Part shown: positions 7,706 through 13,383 of the stretch, in pieces
Layout: every line of letters starts with the position of its first letter
Position numbering within the stretch: the first letter of the stretch is position 1
Assembly (NCBI GenBank): GCA_031370645.1
Contig: JANMQV010000118.1
Location: forward strand, 1 to 13,383
Direction: 5' to 3'
DNA length: 13,383 nucleotides
From: Candidatus Eiseniibacteriota bacterium
GTDB taxonomy: Bacteria; Eisenbacteria; RBG-16-71-46; SZUA-252
The notes under the pieces: generated by a model
What the model was told of the DNA's origin: nothing
The model's input: only the letters and a program-made list of their open reading frames with translations
Database searches by the model: none
Program-made: the position numbers and the translations under genes

Positions 7706-7891
7706 CCAAACCCTCCGAACGGTTCCTGGTTGCAGCCGCCGGCGACGGCCGGAAACCTCCCGGAACCCCTGAAATCACAAGCGACTAATCCTGATGAACC
7801 GCGGGCCGAACCGTGGCAGAATGAGTCCCCCGCGCTCCGGATGCAAGCCCTCCAGGAGACCCACATGGGTTTCCGTGACGGACCGCTCCGA

Positions 7892-7907
7892 TGGCACGGG
7901 TTTCGCT
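7892..7907 (+). promoter_or_regulatory. Sigma54 (RpoN) -24/-12 promoter upstream of sucA-sucB-lpdA
   Basis: TGGCACGGGTTTCGCT matches the consensus TGGCACGNNNNTTGCW with one mismatch and exact GG-N10-GC spacing. It points toward sucA, with a predicted start site near 7918. Confidence 0.65.
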
Positions 7908-7993
7908 TGTAACCCATTGAATTCGAGCGAGCTAGGGAGTTGAGTTACGGGAGTTCCGCCCCCGCGGCTCCCGCCAAGGGACCAGACGAACCG

Positions 7994-10939
<2,946 letters not shown>

Positions 10940-10983
10940 TCCACGCCGCGCGCCGGCGCCGCTACGACACGAAAGGAAGAACG

Positions 10984-12294
10984 ATGTCCGTGGAGTTGAG
11001 AGTCCCCGAGGTCGGCGAGTCGATCACCGAAGTTCAGATCGGCGCCTGGCTGAAGGCCGAAGGCGATACCATCGAGCGCGACGAGGCGCTCGTGGAGATC
11101 GAGTCGGACAAGGCGACGCTGGAGCTTCCCGCGCCGGTCTCCGGGACTCTGACGAAGATCGTGGCGAAGAAGGGCGCGATCCTGAAGATCGGCGATCTGA
11201 TCGCCGAACTGACGGAGGGTGCTTCCACCGGGAGCGCCGCGAAGGCGCCGGCGAAGGCTGCCGCACCAGCCACGCCGGCTGCGGCGGCTGCGCCGGCCGC
11301 TCCAGTCGCTGCTTCGCCCGCGTCGGGCCCAACGCCAGCGCCAGCGCTCACGAAAGCCGCGGCCAAACCCGCGCCTGCGGCACCGCTCTCGTCCGCCGCA
11401 CCGCCGCGCGTCATGCCGGCCGCGGCCCGTGCGCTCGCCGAGGCGGGTCTTGGCGCGACCGAGGTCCGCGCGAGCGGCCCCGGCGGTCGCCTCTTGAAGG
11501 AGGACGTCGCCGCTCACGTGGCGAATCTTGGAACGAAACCTCCCGCGGCCCGCTCGCCGCTCGATCGCGCGGAGACGACGGCGCCGGCCGACGCTCGCGG
11601 CGAGGAATCCGTACCCATGAGTCCGATGCGCGTCCGCATCGCCGAGCGCCTGAAGGCGGCCCAGAACACCGCCGCCCTTCTCACGACGTTTAACGAAGTC
11701 GACATGTCGTCGGTCATCGCGCTGCGCGAGGAATTGAAAGAGCCGTTCCAAGAGCGCTACGGCGTGAAGCTCGGGTTCATGTCATTCTTCGTGAAGGCGA
11801 CGGTCGACGCGCTGATGCACTTCCCGCAAGTCAACGCCGAGATCCGCGAGCGCGACATCGTCTACAAAAACTACTTCGACATCGGCATCGCCGTCGGAGG
11901 CGGGAAGGGCCTCATCGTTCCCGTGCTCCGTAACGCCGAACGCCTCTCCTTCGCGGAAATCGAAACGGCTGTCTCCGACTTCGGCGCGCGCGCCAAGGAG
12001 AACCGCATCCAGTTGGACGAACTCTACGGCGGCACGTTCACCATCTCGAACGGCGGCGTCTACGGTTCCCTCCTCTCCACCCCGATCGTGAATCCGCCGC
12101 AGAGCGCCATCCTGGGGCTCCATGCCATCCACAAGCGGCCGGTCGCGGTGAACGACGAGGTGGTCATCCGCCCCATGATGTACCTGGCGGTCACGTACGA
12201 TCACCGCGTCATCGACGGCCGCGAGTCGGTCACCTTCCTCAAGCACATCAAAGACCTGATCGAGCGCCCCACGCGGATGCTCCTCGGGCTTTAA
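10984..12294 (+). CDS. sucB: 2-oxoglutarate dehydrogenase E2, dihydrolipoyllysine-residue succinyltransferase
   Basis: SD AAAGGA precedes ATG 10984. Lipoyl domain [10 protein letters not shown]...ESDKA, Ala/Pro linker, E3-binding domain MPAAAR...[12 protein letters not shown], then LTTFNEVDM and catalytic [10 protein letters not shown]. Confidence 0.96.
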   Translation: MSVELRVPEVGESITEVQIGAWLKAEGDTIERDEALVEIESDKATLELPAPVSGTLTKIVAKKGAILKIGDLIAELTEGASTGSAAKAPAKAAAPATPAAAAAPAAPVAASPASGPTPAPALTKAAAKPAPAAPLSSAAPPRVMPAAARALAEAGLGATEVRASGPGGRLLKEDVAAHVANLGTKPPAARSPLDRAETTAPADARGEESVPMSPMRVRIAERLKAAQNTAALLTTFNEVDMSSVIALREELKEPFQERYGVKLGFMSFFVKATVDALMHFPQVNAEIRERDIVYKNYFDIGIAVGGGKGLIVPVLRNAERLSFAEIETAVSDFGARAKENRIQLDELYGGTFTISNGGVYGSLLSTPIVNPPQSAILGLHAIHKRPVAVNDEVVIRPMMYLAVTYDHRVIDGRESVTFLKHIKDLIERPTRMLLGL

Positions 12295-12301
12295 TTCGAC
12301 C

Positions 12302-13383
12302 ATGAGCGCCATTTCCGTCACTCACGATCTCGTCATCGTCGGTTCCGGCCCCGGCGGCTACGTCGCCGCCATTCGCGCGGCGCAACTCGGCATGAACGTC
12401 GCCTGCATCGAGGAAGAACCGGCGCTCGGCGGCACCTGCCTCCGCGTCGGCTGCATCCCGAGCAAGGCGCTTCTGGAGTCGAGTGAGCGCTACCACGAGA
12501 CGAAGACAGCCCTCGCCGCGCATGGCGTCAAGGTGGAGGGCGTCGCGCTCGATCTCCCCGTCATGCTGAAACGGAAGGATCAGATCGTCACCGACCTGAC
12601 GCGCGGCGTGGAGATGCTCTTCAAGAAGAACAAGGTGACGCGCTACGCGGGGCATGGCCGGCTGGCGGGCGGAGGACGCGTGGTCGTGGCCGGCGCCGAT
12701 GGCGCCGTGGTCGCGGAACTGCGGGCGAAGCAGATCTTGATCGCCACCGGATCGAAGCCGACTTCGCTCAAGGGCGTGGCGTTCGACGGCGACCGGATCG
12801 GCGGCAGTACAGAAGGGCTCGCTTACGCGGAAGTCCCGAAGCACTTGGTCGTGATCGGCGCCGGCTACATCGGACTCGAACTCGGCTCGGTCTGGCTCCG
12901 GCTCGGCGCGAAGGTCACCGTGCTTGAATACCTCGACCGCATCCTCCCCGGCATGGACAGCGACCTCGCGACCGAAGCGAAGCGGATCTTCGAGCGCCAG
13001 GGAATGACCTTCCACCTGGGCCGGCGCGTCACCGGCGCGAAGGTCGAGAAGAAGGAAGTCGTCGTGGAGTCCGAGGGTGCCGAGCCGATCCGCTGCGACC
13101 GACTCCTCGTCGCCGTGGGGCGCGTTCCGAACACCGACAACCTCGGTCTCGACGCCGTCGGACTCAAGACGGATGAGCGAGGGCGCATCCCGGTCGACGC
13201 CGACTACGCCACGTCCGCCGCCGGCATCTACGCCATCGGCGACGTGATCGGCGGGGCCATGCTCGCCCACAAGGCGGAAGAAGAGGGAATCGCCTGCGTG
13301 GAGCGGATCGCCACCGGCTACGGCCACGTGAACTACGACGCCATTCCCGGCGTCGTCTACACGCATCCGGAGATCGCGTCGGT
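12302..13383 (+). CDS. lpdA: Dihydrolipoyl dehydrogenase (E3); 3' end beyond the right edge
   Basis: Manual translation from ATG 12302 gives DLVIVGSGPGGYVAAIRAAQLG (FAD binding), GGTCLRVGCIPSK (redox disulfide), VIGAGYIGLELG (NAD binding), YAIGDV and MLAHKAEEEG. It is open to the window end and starts 7 nt after the sucB stop. It is missing from the ORF track. Confidence 0.96.
   Translation, partial: MSAISVTHDLVIVGSGPGGYVAAIRAAQLGMNVACIEEEPALGGTCLRVGCIPSKALLESSERYHETKTALAAHGVKVEGVALDLPVMLKRKDQIVTDLTRGVEMLFKKNKVTRYAGHGRLAGGGRVVVAGADGAVVAELRAKQILIATGSKPTSLKGVAFDGDRIGGSTEGLAYAEVPKHLVVIGAGYIGLELGSVWLRLGAKVTVLEYLDRILPGMDSDLATEAKRIFERQGMTFHLGRRVTGAKVEKKEVVVESEGAEPIRCDRLLVAVGRVPNTDNLGLDAVGLKTDERGRIPVDADYATSAAGIYAIGDVIGGAMLAHKAEEEGIACVERIATGYGHVNYDAIPGVVYTHPEIAS

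Noticed and set aside
7777-7910. Inverted 8-mer ACAAGCGA (7777-7784) / TCGCTTGT (7903-7910) as a mirror sigma54 promoter for gabD or as MITE ends
   Set aside because: The minus-strand copy lacks the GG at -24, and 8 bp with no evident target-site duplication is too weak for a mobile element.
11221-11410. Ala/Pro repeats in SucB (and the similar linker in the ABC-F) as a repeat array
   Set aside because: These are ordinary flexible interdomain linkers with no regular DNA repeat or spacer structure.
12302-13383. The flavoprotein as a MerA mercuric reductase partner for the MerB-like protein
   Set aside because: The motifs GGYVAAIRAAQLG and MLAHKAEEEG and the position after sucB identify dihydrolipoyl dehydrogenase, and there is no N-terminal metal-binding domain.

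Overview
High-GC bacterial window with no mobile elements, RNA genes or CRISPR arrays that I can support. From left to right it holds: a multi-TM Hanks-type Ser/Thr kinase (minus strand, runs off the left edge, missing from the ORF track); an ABC-F ATPase; a divergent Met-rich lipoprotein built of 14-aa repeats with its own terminator; a half-size TauE/SafE (TSUP) transporter; a MerB (organomercurial lyase)-family gene; a small two-TM protein; family I inorganic pyrophosphatase; succinate-semialdehyde dehydrogenase (minus); and a divergent sucA-sucB-lpdA operon (lpdA runs off the right edge) preceded by a sigma54-type promoter. The main observation is that the MerB-like gene, split into two ORFs in the track (4642-5088 and 5095-5325), reads as one frame with an in-frame TGA at 5086-5088. 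That TGA sits where the second catalytic Cys of MerB is expected and is followed by a bacterial SECIS-like hairpin with a GGUC loop. It is most likely a 227-aa selenoprotein, found here outside any mer operon.
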